Notes: generated by a model not told the origin, from the letters alone. A stretch of 64,000 nt of DNA from an uncultured Gemmatimonadales bacterium (GCA_963695555.1 CAVOGR010000005.1:352001-416000); one strand, 5' to 3'. Shown: positions 21,562 through 34,997, counted from the stretch's first letter. Program-made: numbers and translations.

Positions 21562-23648
21562 GCCGGTGCCGTGACGGGGAGCCGAACGGTGAACGTGCTG
21601 CCTTTGTCCGGCGCGCTGGCCACTTCGATGTCGCCGCCCATAAGCCGGCACAAGCGGCGGGAGATGGCGAGGCCGAGGCCGGTCCCGCCGAAACGCGCGG
21701 CGATGGACGCGTCCGCCTGCACGAACGCCTCGAACAGGCGGCCTGCCTGCTCCGGGGTCATGCCGATGCCGGTATCGGACACGGCGAAGGAAATCCAGTC
21801 GGTGTCCCGCGCGACGTCGAGGGTGATCGTTCCCTGCTCGGTGAACTTGGAAGCGTTGGACAGGAGGTTGAAGAGCACCTGGCGGATCCGGATCTCATCG
21901 GAGTGCATGGTGCCGGGATCGGCCGGGCAGCTCACTGCAAGGCGATTGGAATTGCGTTTCACCAGCGGCTCCACGGTGGCGGTCACCTCGTCGATCACCC
22001 GCTGCACCGGGAACGGTGCCGGTTGCACTTCGACCTTGCCAGCCTCGATCTTGGAGAGGTCGAGCACATCGTTGATCATCATGAGGAGGTGGCGACCGGC
22101 ACTGCGGATCCGGTCGAGATCCATCGTAAACCCCTCTACCTGACGCTCTTCGGCCTCCTCGCGCAACAGCTCGCTATAGCCGATGATGGCGTTGAGCGGG
22201 GTGCGCAACTCGTGGCTCATGCTGGCCAGGAATTGGGTCTTGGCGCGGTTGGCGGTCTCGGCGTCGTGGCGGGCCTTGGTCAGTTCGGTGATGTCGTGGT
22301 ACAGCGCCATGAGGCCGACCCGTTCGTCGCGCACCACCACCGGCACGGCCAGGATTTCGACGTCCACCATGGTCCGGTCCTTCCGGACCCGCCGTCCGGT
22401 GCCGTGAATGGCGCGGTCGGTGGCGGCCTGGGTGTAGGCCACTGCCTCCTTCCGCGTAGCTTCGGTGGTGATGAGCGGATCCAGGTCGCGGCCCAGCGCC
22501 TCGTCGGCGGCATAACCGAACAGCGACTCGAACGCCGGGTTGCACATCGTGATGCGCGCCTTCTGATCGAGCGTCACGATGGCCACCGGACTCTCGCGCA
22601 CCAGGGACTCGAAATAGGCCTGTTGGCGCTGCACGTCAGTGAACAGGCGCGCGTTCTCGATGGCGACGGCGACCTGCGGGGCAAACAGGTTGAGCAGCCG
22701 GAGGTCCTCGGGGCCGAATATCCGGTTCGGGTCAGAGTGGATGGTGGCGATCGCGCCAACCAGCCGTCGGCCGATCAAGAGCGGCGCGGCCATCACCGAG
22801 TGGACGCGGACGTCGGTGTACTTGGCCGACTGGCCCAGCCACTCGTGGTAACTCGGGATGATGATCGGCTCGAGGGTTTGCGCCACATGGCCCATGGCTC
22901 CCTCGCCTATCCTGAGGCGGGTGCCGGTCGAGTCTTTGCCGATGTTGGCGCTTGCCATGACGACGAGCTCGCCGGCCGGCTGGTCGAAGATCGCGACTTC
23001 GCCGCCGGTAACGCCGAGCAGCGCCACGGCCCGCTCGAGGACCACCTGGAGTACCCTGTTCAGCTCGAGGTCGCCGGCCAGCGCGGCCATCGAGTCGAGG
23101 AGGGCCGCGTGCTCGTCGGCGCGGCGGCGCTCCTCGGCCAGGAGCCGCACCCGGGCGAGCGCGATGCCCGCCTGGTCGGCCGCCGCGGTGAGGATCTCGA
23201 AGTCCTCCGGGCCGAACGCGTCGGGGGTGCTGCTCTCGACCACCAGCACGCCGACGGTGGCGTCATTCACCTTGAGCGGCACGTCCACCTCGGAGCCGCT
23301 GGCGAGGCTCGCGATGTAGTTCTTGTCGCTCCGAACGTCGGGGGTGTAGTTGAGCTTGCCGTCTTCGATGGCGCGGGCGGAGATGCCGGCGCCCGGGGCC
23401 ACTCGGAAGCCATCGTGGACCCCGGGCCAGCCGATCGACGCTTTCAGCACCCGCTCGCCGGTGGCGGGGTCGAGCAGGAACAGGCCGAGGAACTTGTAGC
23501 CCAGGGCCTCGTCGTGGAGGCCGCGAACGACGGCATTGAAGATTCCCGCCTCGTCGTGTGCCGCGGCGATGCCGGTCGACAGGCGCAGCAGCGCTGCCTG
23601 CCGGCGGGCAAGGTGGGAGAAACGGGCTTCATTCGACGTTTTGGACAT
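21558..23648 (-). CDS. GAF-GAF-PAS sensor histidine kinase
   Basis: Two [43 protein letters not shown]. Confidence 0.93.
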
Positions 23649-23709
23649 CCGGTAGTATATCGTCTCGGTGGCGAGCCGAATAGCCTGCCCCCCCGCACCC
23701 CCAGCCCCC

Positions 23710-23737
23710 GCTATTCGCTATCTGCTATCAGCTGTCT
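23710..23737 (+). repeat. Tandem heptamer tract (GCTATYN family)
   Basis: GCTATTC GCTATCT GCTATCA GCTGTCT. Confidence 0.75.
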
Positions 23738-23936
23738 GCCGCTAGCTCTTGGCTCTGGGTTGTCCGCCAATGACGCATTGCTGGGGCCCGCATACGGCAT
23801 AAGACACTGTCAGTTATGTCGTTCCAATGCCAATCTCGTGTATCACGTGAGGTTGGCTGTTGAGAGATTCGGCCCTCGAATAGGCGACACCCTTCCGCCT
23901 TGCGGGGTCGGGCAACGGGGTACCATCGTTGGCGTC

Positions 23937-24104
23937 ATGGAATTCCTCAACTTCCTCCTCATTCTCTGGCCGCCTGGCTGGTGTGGCGGCGGCCCGAGAA
24001 GGAGCGGCTCGCGTTCGGGCTGCTCGTGGTCGAGCTGCCTCCTCATGGCGCTCCTGTTCCTCATCGGCACGCATACGTCGTTCGTGCCGGGGGTGAACCT
24101 GTGA
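23937..24104 (+). CDS. Small membrane protein resembling Campylobacter DsbI-accessory protein Dba (two compensating frameshifts)
   Basis: 55 codons; MEFLNFLL...(alternate frame) WRRPEKERLAFGLLVV...LLMALLF...VNL; stop overlaps dsbI-like start. Confidence 0.7.
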   Translation: MEFLNFLLILWPPGWCGGGPRRSGSRSGCSWSSCLLMALLFLIGTHTSFVPGVNL

Positions 24105-25580
24105 CGGCGTTCTCCGACGACCGGCTGCGCACCGTGCTCGCGTGGGTCGTGATCATCCTGATCGCGGGCCCCGTGGGCGGAGCGGTCTGGCTCGGCGTGG
24201 TGTACGGCGAGTCGCCCTGCATCCTGTGCTGGGCGCAGCGCACGTCGATGGTGCTGATCGCGCTCGTCGGGCTGTTCGTGCTCCGCTACGGTCCGCGCCC
24301 CCGCTACATCGGCATGGTGGTGCTGCTCGGCGCGTGGGGCGTCTTCATGTCGCTCCGCCACGCGGCACTGCACCTGGCACGCGACGTGGGCCAGGGCTTC
24401 GCTGCGCCCTACTTCGGCGCCCACACCTACGTGTGGTCCTGGTTCGTCCACTGGGTCGTGCTGGGAGTCGTCGGCGTTCTGCTGCTGCTGCTGCGTGAGG
24501 AGCCGGTCGGATCGGGCATGAGGGACCCAGGACGAGTGGGCCGCTTCGCCATGGGGCTGTTCGTCGTGGTAGTCGGCGCGAACGCGCTCCAGGCATTCGT
24601 CACGACCGGTCCACCCCCGTTCATCGGCCAGGCCGATCCGGTTCGCTTCTCGCTGAATCCCCGGCACTGGGTGTGGATGAACCACGACGAATTGGCAGGA
24701 CCGATCTCGCTGCGCGGGTCGTGGACCATTCCGCGGCCCGATCCCGCGTCAGTCGATGTCGACGCCGATCCGGCACACGGCCCACTCGCGAGATATGCCC
24801 GAGCTGCCTGTGCAGGCGTGGGAGCAGATCGGTGCGACGCTCGATGGCAACCTCACCGACCTGGCCCGCGATCCGGCTACCGGCCGGTACCTCGCCGTCA
24901 CCGATGGGTTCGGCGTCTACGTGCTCGACACGTCGCTCGCGCGGATCGAACAGCAGGTGGAGTTCGACCACCAGTACAGCATCGATCTCACGCCGCTCGC
25001 CGGCGCGGCGTTCGTGGGACGACACGCTGGCCGTGCTGGCCACCAACAAGAGCTACGTGCTGCTCCGGCCGGATCCCGCGGCCGACGCCGATCGCGAGTG
25101 GCGGCACTTTCGACGGACCAACGGCGGCGTCACCGAGCTGCGCCGGTCACGGTTCGCGACGGTGCGGGCCCGGCAGATGTACGTCTTGTCGCTCGCATAC
25201 GACGATCAGGCGCGGACGAGCTGATCACCGTGACCGTGCCGTCGCCACGGCACCGGCGGCTGGTGGTGTCGCGGTTCGCCCGCAACGACATGATGCTCAC
25301 GTCCGAGTTCCTGCCAGCGCTGGGGCCAGGACTCGCGGTTCGCGGCGACGATCGGTCGCTGGCGGAATACGTGGTGACGGGCGCCGCAGTGGTGGATGGG
25401 CTGCTCTACGCGATTAGTGCGGCGTACTCGACACTGCTCGTGATCGATCTCGACCAGCGGGCCGTGATCGCGGCGTACGCGGTGCCGGGGCTCGAGCATC
25501 CCGTGGGCCTCGCGGCGCGGGGGGCGGAGCTCCAGGTATCGCAGGCGGACGGGCGGATCGCTGTGATCGGGCGGCCGTGA
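24101..25580 (+). CDS. DsbB-family disulfide oxidoreductase with C-terminal beta-propeller-like region (DsbI-like), frameshifted
   Basis: GESPCILCWAQR, RDVGQGF, GAHTYVW, GPPPFIGQADPVRFS; continues in other frames to 25580. Confidence 0.8.
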
Positions 25581-25604
25581 GCGATCCTACCCACTGCCAC
25601 CTCG

Positions 25605-25632
25605 GCTAACCGCTATTGGCTATTGGTCATTC
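25605..25632 (+). repeat. Tandem heptamer tract
   Basis: GCTAACC GCTATTG GCTATTG GTCATTC. Confidence 0.7.
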
Positions 25633-25683
25633 AGGCGCACGCCATCGGTGCGAAGTAACTGAGGTGACCCCTGGGGAATGGCT

Positions 25684-28364
25684 TTAGCGCCCTCCCACGT
25701 CGCGCAACGCCGTGAACCAGTTCAACACGACGATCGTCTCACTCGCGTCGTCCGGTTCATCCTGGCGGATCATGAGGAACCTCTGATCATCCTGCGAGAC
25801 GTCGAACGCGGGATCGAAGACGTTGGCCTTAAACCGGACGGCAGAAAACAGGACCTGCTGTCGGCGCACACTGAAGGTCGGCGTGGTCACGACCGCGGCG
25901 GCCATGAGGTCGCCGTCCCCGTTGCGGTAGAATAGTTCGCGACCCGAACGGGCCCACACGGGCTCGGTACCCCCGCTCCTGGAAACGCGAAACACTCCCG
26001 CGGTGACGTTGGGAAACGGGCGGACGTACACCTCATGCGATCCGCTCTCATCCGAGGTGTATGCCAGCCACCTCCGATCCGGGGACACCGCCGGTGTGAG
26101 CTCTTCCGCAGGCGTTGCGACCAGCGAGGTGACGGTCGTGTCGTGCCCCATGCGCGCCAGAAGAATGTCGCCGCTGCCGGGAGCCTGATTGTCGGTGCGA
26201 ACGACCAGGGTCGAATCGTCGATCGGCACGACCTCGAAGATCGGTCTTGACTCTGGCAGCGCCAGGCGCAGCGGGGTACCCGTTCCGTCAATCGGCTTCA
26301 CGAACACCGAAACGACATCATCTCGGTCCGATATGAAATACAGGGAACTCCCGACCGGGGACCAATTGCCCCGCCAGTTGAGCTGGCCCTGGAACGTGTG
26401 CCGGACGGGCTCCCCGCCTGCCACGGCTCTGGTCCACAGATGCCCACCCTCCTCCGACCCGCGATTCACCACGAATCGCGTGCCGTCGGGTGAGATCCTT
26501 GCGGTTCCCAGCGTTCCGTCGAGTTCGGGAGCTGCCGCTTCCTCAACCGCACCTGTCCTGGCAACCCACGTCAGGCGATCTATCACGCGCCGGCCTCGCC
26601 GGTATACCAGGGTGCCCGACTGCGACAGGACCATCCGGCCCGCTCCATACCTGGTGACTTCGACGCCCTGGATGAGCGCCACCGGGTCGCCCGTGACCTC
26701 GAGCCGATTCTGGTCGAACGGCGCCGCGAGCAATGTACCGTCGTCCTGGACGAACACGATGTGTCCTGATGGTGCATACCGCGCATACACGCCCTGGAAC
26801 AGCACCGTGACTGCCTGCCTGGCGAAGTCCACGACTCCGATGGCGTAGGCGGTGCGATCGCCTGACGCACTCGGGATCACGGTCAGGAGGGCGCCCTTCC
26901 CGTTGGGCAGCACGTCCACCCACGCATGGGTGCGCTCGCCGGGCCGAAGCGTGGTCACCCGCTCGCGCGTACCTCCCTCGGGTGGCATGCGCCAGATCCC
27001 ATCGATCATGCTGAGGTAGACCAGGCCATCGGGGCCCCAGTCGACGCCTCCGCCATAGAGCGTTGGATCTTGCAGACCCGAATCCGCGACGATTCGCGAA
27101 ATCCCGCCACGAAGGGAAACGACCTTCAGTTCGAGCGGGATCGTGAGGTACGCTAGCGACTGGCCGTCCGGCGCGAAGGTCAGACAGCAAATGACGTCAT
27201 CGGTCGACCGCACCGGCATCGCGTCGAGCCGATCACGCTCCCGCACGAGTATCTGCGCTCGCGAGCCAACCGCCCCAAGATAGGCAAACCGGCTCCCATC
27301 GTCGGAGATCGCCATGCCCGGGCCTGCCGGGGTCCCGCCCTCTCGTTCACCCATGAACTGGACCGCAAACTGTGACACCTCGGCGCTCGGGCTCGAATCC
27401 TTGTTCAGTGCCAGCACCAGGACCGCGATGACCAACGCGGCCGAGATGGCGGCGAGGATTCCGGTGGTGCGATTCCACCGACCGCCCGCGGCGCGGGCGG
27501 CGACGGCGGACGTGGTCGCACCCGCGAATGCCGGGTTCCGCAATGCCTCAACGAACGCCTTGGCACTCTCGAACCGATCGGCCGGCAGCTTCTCCAGCGC
27601 GGCAGCCACGGCGGCCGCCACGTTGGGTGGCACCGACTTCCGCGTGCTGCGTGACCGGCGCGGCCTCCTCGGTCACGATCTTCATGATGATCTGCTGCGC
27701 CGAGGCCCCCGTGTGCGGCGGGTTCCCGGTCAGCATCTCGTACAGTAACACTCCCCAACGAGTAGATGTCCGACCGCGCGGTGAGATCCTTGTCCGCCGT
27801 GGCCTGCTCGGGACTCATGTAGTGCGGCGTCCCGAGTGACAGCCCGGTCTCGGTCATCCGGCCGCCCGCCGCGGCACTCACGGCGAGTGCGATGCCGAAG
27901 TCGGCCACCATCGGCCGGCCGTCGTGGAGCAGGATGTTCTCGGGCTTGATGTCGCGGTGGATCACGCCATTACGGTGGGCATAGTCGAGCGCGTCGGCCA
28001 CTTCACCGGTGATCCGCACCGCTTCGTCGATGCCGAGCTGGGTCTCGCGGTCGAGTTTGTCGCGGAGCGTCTCGCCCTCGACGTAGGGCATGACGTAGTA
28101 GAGAAAGCCGTCGGCGGTGCCGGAGTCGAACAGCGGCAGGATGTGCGGGTGCTGGAGGTTGGCGGTGGTCTTGATCTCGACCACGAACCGCTCGGCCCCG
28201 AGCACGGCGGCCAGCTCGGGCTTCAGGACCTTGAGGGCCACCTTGCGATCGTGCTTCAGGTCCTCGGCCAGGTAGACGGTGGCCATGCCGCCCTGCCCCA
28301 GCTCCCGCTCGATCCGGTAGCGGTCGGCCAGGGCGGCCTTCAGGCGGTCTAGGGCGTCGGTCAC
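25684..28364 (-). CDS. Hanks Ser/Thr kinase + TM + TolB/PD40-like beta-propellers (frameshifts near 27640-27750)
   Basis: GQGGMATVY, HRDIKPEN, DFG, GTPHYMSPE; SPDG repeats; VVLNW terminus. Confidence 0.9.
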
Positions 28365-31026
28365 CTGGCGGCCTCCTGCTCCTCGATCTGGGCAATCGCC
28401 CGGTCGACCCAGTTGGTGATGACCACGAGCTCCTCGCGCGCGGTGCCGCGTTTGAGCATCAGGAAACGCTGCCCGTCGGCCGACACGTCGTACTCGGGCC
28501 AGCGGGGCTGCTGAAAATAGGAGCCCGTGAACAGGGTGTCGCGCGTGGTCGGTACCAACAGAGCATTACGCTCGGTGAGCGCCGCGGCCACCAGTGCATC
28601 GCCGGTGCGGTAAAAGAGTTCGCCGCCCTGAGGGTTCCACTGTGGCTCGGTGCCGCCACCCGATGAGACCTGCGCCCGGCGACCGACATCTGGCCATGGT
28701 GTGATGTACACCTCGTTGACGCCCGAGGCATCCGAGATGTAGGCCATCCAGCGCCCGTCGGGGGAGATGGTGGGCGAACCCTCGTTGTCCGGGGTGACCA
28801 GCACGTCCGTGGGACCCCCGGACCCATCGAGCGGGATCGCCCCGATGTCCATGCCGTTCGTGGCAGTGTTGGTGCGGAAGAGCAGCGTACGGCCGTCAGG
28901 TGTGATGGCGTGCGGGAAGCGAAGCGCAGAGTCCGCGCCGGGCTGGATCTGCTCCGCATCGCCTCCGCCGTCGACCCGCTGGGTCCACAGACCGGCCAGG
29001 CCAGCACGCCGGGAGGTGAACACCAGGCGGCTCCCGTCGGGCGTCCAGATCGGGTAGAGGTTCTGGCTGCCGTTGGTGAGCCGGGTGCTCGTGCCGGACC
29101 GGGTATCGTGGATCCAGATGTCGCCGGAGATCCCGTCGACGATCTCCACAGCGATCCGGGTGCCGTCGGGCGACCACCGCGGGTCCTTGTATTCCGATGG
29201 CTCTAGCGGTAGGAGCCGTTCCCGGCCCTGGCGGGTCACCTCCACGACGGTACGGTCGCGCTCGCTGCCGGTGAGGTAGACCAAGGTGCCTGTCGCCGAC
29301 ACGGACAGAGTGGGCAGGCCGATAACCGTGAACTGGATGTCCTGGAGCACCGGGACCTCGCGGCCCACGAGCTGTAGCCGGTTCCGGTCGAATGCGGCAA
29401 TGGTCAGGACACCGTTTGGTTTACCGAGGAGGATGTATCGTCCATCTTTCGTCACGCGCGCGCCGACACCGCTGGCATTGATGTCGCGCACGTCGCCCGA
29501 CGTAGTCGAGATCGCTACGACTCTGCCCGATCCGGTCTCCCGTATCACCGAGGCTAGCAACCAGTCCTCCCCCGGGACCGCGTTCAGTTCGCTCAGCAGG
29601 CCCAGCGAGTCCGGCAGCGGGGCCTCGATCGGCGGAGCGTTGCCGTCTGACGGCACCCTGAACAGCGAATGAGACGCCTCGATGAGGTAGTAGATCATGC
29701 CGCTCGGTAACCAGACCAGGCCGTAGATCGAGGGCGACGGGCCAACGTCGGCGACCTTGACCGGTGGAGTTCCCCGGAGCGAGACCCGCTGCAGCGTCGT
29801 CCCCTGGCGGAAGAGGATCTCCCTGCCATCGGGGGAGAATAGCGGATCGAGCGCGTCCTCGGTTCCCTCGAGCACCCGGGCGTCGAGCTTCCTAATCTCG
29901 CGCACGACAAGGACCCGGCGACCTTCCCGCAGGCCGGAATAGGCGATCTGGCTGCCATCAGGCGAGATTGCGACTGCAGGACGGGTGACACCCGAGTAAT
30001 TCGGCGTTGTGACACCGGTCCCGCTGACAGTGAACGCGACACTCTCGCGGGCGGGCACCTCCGGACGGCCGAGGAAACCCCACATCCCGAAGCCGGTCCC
30101 GACGACGGCCAGTGCCAGGGCGCCGAAGACGACACGGCGCGAAACGGATGTCACTGCGGTGCGCATGCCGGTCATTGTGCGCCGGCTCGTGGTCCGAGCA
30201 TCACTGAGTGCCGCGGCGAATTCGGCCGCGGTGGCGAAGCGGTCCGCCGGCAGCTTCTCGAGCGCCGTGGCCACCGCGGCCGCCACGTTGGGCGGCACCG
30301 ACTTCCGCGCCTTGGTGACCGGCGCGGCCTCCTCGGTCACGATCTTCATGATGATCTGCTGGGCCGAGGCCCCCACGTGCGGCGGGTTCCCGGTCAGCAT
30401 CTCGTACAGGACACTCCCCAGCGAGTAGATGTCCGACCGTGCGGTGAGATCCTTGTCCGCCGTGGCCTGCTCGGGACTCATGTAGTGCGGCGTCCCGAGT
30501 GACAGGCCCGTCTCGGTCATCCGGCCGCCGGCCGCGGCACTCACCGCGAGTGCGATGCCGAAGTCGGCCACCATCGGCCGGCCGTCGTGGAGCAGGATGT
30601 TCTCGGGCTTGATGTCGCGGTGGATCACGCCATGACGGTGGGCATAATCGAGCGCGTCGGCCACTTCACCGGTGATCCTCACGGCTTCGTCGATGCCGAG
30701 CTGGGTCTCGCGGTCGAGCTTGTCGCGGAGCGTCTCGCCCTCGATGTAGGGCATGACGTAGTAGAGGAAGCCGTCGGCGGTGCCGGAGTCGAACAGCGGC
30801 AGGATGTGCGGGTGCTGGAGGCGGCGGTGGTCTTGATCTCGACCACGAACCGCTCGGCGCCGAGGACGGCGGCCAGCTCCGGCTTCAGGACCTTGAGGGC
30901 GACCTTGCGGTCGTGCTTCAGGTCCTCGGCCAGGTACACGGTGGCCATGCCGCCCTGCCCCAGCTCCCGCTCGATCCGGTAGCGGTCGGCCAGGGCGGCG
31001 GTCAGGCGGCCGAGCGGATCGCTCAT
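28361..31026 (-). CDS. Hanks Ser/Thr kinase + TM + TolB/PD40-like beta-propellers (one frameshift near 30820)
   Basis: MSDPLGRL...GQGGMATVY in one frame, the rest in the 797-aa ORF; SPDG repeats. Confidence 0.9.
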
Positions 31027-33702
31027 CGTGAAGACTCCTCGAGCTTCTCGAGCTCCGCGCGCCAATTGAAGATCACGTCGAGGTCGCGGGTGCTCAGTCC
31101 TCCGAACGACGACACCATCAGGAACCGTTTGCCGTCGGGGTGCACGTCATAGCCGCGGTGATAGGCGTTCTGCATCAGGCCGGGCTCGGAGAACAGGCGT
31201 TGGGGTGTGCCATGCTCGAACTGACTTCCCGTATTGACCGGGACCGCGAACATCTCGCCGCGTGCCGTCCTGAAGAAGAGCTCGGCTCCATCGCGCCGCC
31301 ACAGCGGTTCCGTCCCCCCCCCACGGAGATGGCAAATCGCGCCGAGTCGACGTTGGGAAACGGTCGGACATATACCTCTGAGGCTCCCGATTCCTCCGAG
31401 ACGTACGCGAGCCAGCGGCCGTTGGGTGAGAGGACCATGGCGTAGTGATCGAACCGCGACTGGATGAGCGTCCGGGGGATCGTGTCCACGCCGTTCTCGA
31501 CCACCAGTAACCGCCGGCTGCCCGCTGCGGCGCCCTCCGATCGCAGCACCGTGTATCGACCGGACTGGTCGAGCTCGATTTCATCCAGCGGGGTGTTCCC
31601 GGGCGAGGCGGGGCGGGTGCTGTCGCTGCCGTCGGCGCGCCGTATCCATGCGGTCCGGCGATCGTTATGGGTCGCGAGGAAAGCAACCTTGCGACCATCG
31701 GGCGACCACACGGGGCGATCAGCATTGGTCACATCGAACGAGAGCCGGCTGTAGGCTCCCGTCCGCAGCTGCTTCACCCAGATTTCGCTCTCGCCGGATC
31801 CGGTTCGGGACACCGCGATTTGGGTCCCGTCGGGCGACAGCGCGAGATTCTGGACCAGGCCCGTTATGGTGGTGTCGACCGGCGACTGCTTGCCAGCCCG
31901 ATCCACCCAGACGAGGACGTCGCCACCCTCGGCCATCTGCTGGTAGAGCATCGTGCCGGTCTCGGAGACGGCGAACTGGACCGTGCCGTTGGACGCGTCG
32001 GTCGAGACGCCCTGGAGCACAGGCACCGGCGTGCTGGTGAGCGTGCCTCGTTGGGGATCGAACCGTGCCACCAGGATTCGACTGTCGGACGTCCCGATGG
32101 CGAGAAACCCCGGTGCCACGTACCGGGGGTAGGAACCCGTGCCGAGATCGGTGACGGCACCGGTGCTCAGGTCGATCACGCCGATGTGATTCGCTCCGAT
32201 CGACCCCTTCCACAGCATCAAGAGGGCATACCGACTGCCGGGCAGCACATCGGGAAAGTCGTGTTCCTTGATCCCGCTGGCGGTGTCGGGGGAAGAGAGT
32301 CGGGTGACGGCACCGCCGGTGGACGCGACCCGGGAGAGGCTCCGGTTATCGTTCGAAAAATAGATATTGCCGTCGTCGCCCCAGTCCCCCCCTCCATAGC
32401 CGGCGACGGAGTCGTCCACCACCGTACGGGCCACTCCACCGGTGGCCGCGATCACCTTGAGGGCAGTGCGCCCGCCAGCGCCGGTGAAGAAGCCGATCGA
32501 CTCTCCGTCCGGTGAAAAGAACGGGTCGAAGGCGCCCTTTGTATCGGGGAGCGGGCGCGCCGCCGGCTGATCGAGCTCCCGGATCCAGAGCTGCTGATCG
32601 ACCCCATCGGATCCGACGAAGGCGACGCGCCGCCCGGAGGGCGAAATCGCGAGCCGCACGTTCCCGATGGACTGGACCGCGGCGCTGTCACCCAGCGACA
32701 GCGTGGCGTGCACGATCTCGTCGGGGCCCACGCTGCCGGGGTTCGCCTTGCGATTGCCGATCAGAAACCCCGCGACCAGGGTGACCAGGGCGAGGGCGAC
32801 GCCCACAAGCCAGCCGCGTCGCTTGTTCGCCGCCACCGGCTGGACGCCGGGGCGGAGGGTCGTCGTGGTCGGGTTGGCGAGCGCGGCAGCGAAGTCGGCG
32901 GCTGAGGCGTACCGGTCGGCCGGCAACTTCTCGAGGGCGGTGAGCACCGCCGCCTCGACGCCCGGCGGAATCGTCCTGCGCTGGCCGGTCAGAGTGCGAG
33001 GGTCTTCGGTCATCACCCGGGCGACGATCGCCTGCGCGGTGGGCCCGGTGAACGGCGGTTCGCCGATGAGCATCTCGTAGAGCACGCAGCCCAGGGCGTA
33101 CACATCGCTGCGGGCGGTGATCTCCCGGTCGCCCATCGCCTGTTCCGGGCTCATGTAGTGCGGGGTGCCGAGACTCATGCCGGTCTCGGTCATCCGGGTG
33201 CCGCCGGCCTTGCTGGCCGCGAGCGCAATGCCGAAGTCCGCCACCAGCGCCGAGCCGTCGTGCAGCAGGATGTTCTCGGGCTTGATGTCGCGGTGGATGA
33301 CGTCGTGGCGGTGGGCGTAGTCGAGGGCCGCGGCCACTTCGCTTGCGATGCGTACGGCCTCCGCCACCGGGAGCTGCTGTCTCCCGGCCGATCCGGTCGC
33401 GGAGGGACTCGCCCTCGACGTACGGCATCACGTAGAACAGGAAGCCGTCGGCCTCGCCCGAGTCGAACAGCGGCAGGATGTGGGGGTGCTGGAGGTTGGC
33501 GGTGGTCTTGATCTCGGACAGGAACCGCTCGGCGCCGATCACGGCGGCGAGCTCCGGGCGCAGCACCTTGAGCGCCACCTTGCGGTCGTGCTTCAGGTCC
33601 TCGGCCAGGTAGACGGTGGCCATGCCGCCCGGCGCCGAGTTCGCGCTCGATGCGGTAGCGGTCGGCCAGGGCGGTCTTTAGGCGAGCGATGTCGTCCGTC
33701 AC
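31023..33702 (-). CDS. Hanks Ser/Thr kinase + TM + TolB/PD40-like beta-propellers (frameshifts near 33630, 33380, 31315)
   Basis: VTDDIARLKTALADRY, HRDIKPEN, DFG, SPDG repeats, VIFNW. Confidence 0.88.
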
Positions 33703-33799
33703 GTCAATCCTTTTAATGAAAGAAGCAAGGTAATGGATAGGCACCCACGGAGCACCGGGCCGGGTGGGTTACCCGTCCCGCCCGCCCTATCCCTTCCCC

Positions 33800-33827
33800 G
33801 CTACCAGCTGGCGGCTATTGGTCGTTG
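33800..33827 (+). repeat. Tandem heptamer tract
   Basis: GCTACCA GCTGGCG GCTATTG GTCGTTG. Confidence 0.6.
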
Positions 33828-33858
33828 GGGAACTCGACGGTTTCTCGAGCCTCAGTAC

Positions 33859-33892
33859 GGCATGGCCCCGGGGCAGAACCCCGGGCCATGCC
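33859..33892. terminator. Strong hairpin downstream of 33935-34756
   Basis: GGCATGGCCCCGGGG / CCCCGGGCCATGCC stem with one bulge; no clear U-tract. Confidence 0.5.
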
Positions 33893-33934
33893 ACACTTCG
33901 TGTGTGCTCGCGGGGACGCGGGCCCCGCGAAGTC

Positions 33935-34756
33935 CTACTTCGTGTTCCAGAACGCCGGATCGGCGGCCTTGGTCTCGGGCGCCACGTAGCTCATCGTCGG
34001 ACTCAACCGGTACTTGTTCGACTCCGACCACCCGACGGATTCCTTGAAGAACTTCGAGAAATAGGCCTGCTCGTCCGGAGTCATGGCCTTCCCGATCATG
34101 TCATCGTCGGCCATCATCGCATCGAACTGTCCGAACGACGCGACCGATGAGAACATGAGGTAGGAGCCGCCGGGCATGCCGCCGGTGACGCGGTAGGTGC
34201 GCCAGTTGGCCTTTCCACCGGCGCGGGTCACGATCTTCGCGTAGGCTGCCACCGCCTCGGCAAACGCTTTCCCGTGCCCGGGCCGGATGCGCCAGACACT
34301 GATGTCCCAAAACCGTTGCTTGTTCAGATCGGGAAACGCGCCGTGGCCGAGCTCGGGCGCCGCGACGGCTTCGATCGATTCCGTGCTCTCGAGGTACTGG
34401 GCATCGGCCGCCGCCAGCCGAGCCAGGGCCGCGGACAGTTCGGCGTTCGCCGCATCGGCGGCATCTGCCTTGTCCCAGGCGGTGTACGACTCGCGGGGCA
34501 CGAGGAACAGGACTTCCGGGTCGCCGGTCATCGATTCCACCGCCAGGTAGTAGGTCGGCGACTTGGCCTGGGCGAAGGCCTGGGGCCAACCGCTCTCGTT
34601 CGCCGCGTGGGCCGCGCCCACGCCGGGCTTGAGACTTTCCTTGAAGATCTGCAGGACCTTGGGCTGCGTCGTCGGCATCGCCTGGGCGGCAAGTGGGGCT
34701 GCCCCGGCGGCCAGCAGCACGCCAACGGTCAGCGACGGGAAGAGTCGCACATGCAT
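33935..34756 (-). CDS. Secreted hypothetical protein, two NIPSNAP-like alpha/beta repeats
   Basis: Signal peptide ending PLAAQA; LKPGVG and IRPGHG repeat starts; AGGAGG RBS. Confidence 0.7.
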   Translation of the reverse strand: MHVRLFPSLTVGVLLAAGAAPLAAQAMPTTQPKVLQIFKESLKPGVGAAHAANESGWPQAFAQAKSPTYYLAVESMTGDPEVLFLVPRESYTAWDKADAADAANAELSAALARLAAADAQYLESTESIEAVAAPELGHGAFPDLNKQRFWDISVWRIRPGHGKAFAEAVAAYAKIVTRAGGKANWRTYRVTGGMPGGSYLMFSSVASFGQFDAMMADDDMIGKAMTPDEQAYFSKFFKESVGWSESNKYRLSPTMSYVAPETKAADPAFWNTK

Positions 34757-34906
34757 CGGTAAACCTCCTGAGGGGGATAGGGGGACAACATGGCTCTCGT
34801 ATTCGCAAGGAGGCTAGCCGCCTGGCCCTGCGAGCCGGGGGGCATTCTACACTGCGGACCGGGAATGACAAGGTTTGCCGCCCCCGCTCCCTGCTCCCTG
34901 CCCCCC

Positions 34907-34973
34907 GCTATCAGCTATCGCTATCGGTCCTGCCCGTCCTATCCCCGCCCCGGCTATTGGCTATTGGTCGTTA
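34907..34973 (+). repeat. Two tandem heptamer tracts
   Basis: GCTATCA GCTATC GCTATCG ... GCTATTG GCTATTG GTCGTTA. Confidence 0.75.
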
Positions 34974-34997
34974 GCGTGGGTTTGGTGGAAGAAGCCC

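Noticed and set aside
34971..34996. Alternative att core derived from a protein-coding gene next to the 35 kb end copy
   Set aside because: No second copy in the window and no convincing match to a known target gene.
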